The notes under the pieces are model-generated. The model saw only the letters and a list, made by a program, of their open reading frames with translations. It did not search any database and was not told where the DNA came from. A stretch of DNA of 14,451 nucleotides from an uncultured archaeon (GTDB taxonomy: Archaea > Iainarchaeota > Iainarchaeia > Iainarchaeales > DTGL01). The position numbers and the translations under genes were made by a program. The DNA is taken from NCBI GenBank assembly GCA_964551725.1, contig CAZKED010000026.1:1-14451 (forward strand), given 5' to 3'. This document shows, piece after piece, positions 14,326-14,451 of this stretch. Each line of letters begins with the position of its first letter. The first letter of the stretch is position 1.

Positions 14326-14451
14326 TTAAAACCCAGGCATTGCCCGGAATGCATTTAAATAATATACAGCACGAAACGATAAAACAGTATCAATATAATC
14401 ACCTGCTTCTTCCATTTGTAGCGCTAAATCACCATAATTTAAAATTGCTAC
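14326..14451 (-). CDS. Possible 3' end of a gene entering from beyond the window (partial)
   Basis: Minus frame open from the edge for 41 codons (VAILNYGDLALQMEEAGDYIDTVLSFRAVYYLNAFRAMPGF) to TAA at 14328-14326, despite AT-rich sequence. No family recognised. Confidence 0.45.
   Translation of the reverse strand, partial: VAILNYGDLALQMEEAGDYIDTVLSFRAVYYLNAFRAMPGF

Noticed and set aside
14329-14337. Terminal PGF of the edge ORF as a PGF-CTERM archaeosortase signal
   Set aside because: PGF-CTERM needs a following TM helix and basic tail; here a stop codon follows directly.

Overview
Gene-dense archaeal chromosomal window. The archaeal call rests on GGAGGTGA Shine-Dalgarno sites, TATA boxes about 25-30 bp upstream of start codons, and a tandem double Lrp/AsnC regulator; a DPANN-type host is an inference. 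The left part holds a degenerate ZIP-like membrane protein, desulfoferrodoxin coupled to an 8-oxoguanine DNA glycosylase, a SAM methyltransferase, the double Lrp regulator and an alpha/beta hydrolase. The right ~9.5 kb is a cell-surface cluster: a beta-helix surface protein, a clostripain (C11) lipoprotein, a small membrane protein coupled to a 7x GPGGC cysteine-repeat protein, an ICMT-family methyltransferase, a second lipoprotein and a SIMPL protein. The most striking signal is an 89-bp direct repeat (88/89 identical, 3357 bp apart). It gives two otherwise unrelated lipoprotein genes the same promoter, start codon and most of the signal peptide. No RNA gene, CRISPR array, transposase, integrase or reverse transcriptase was recognised.
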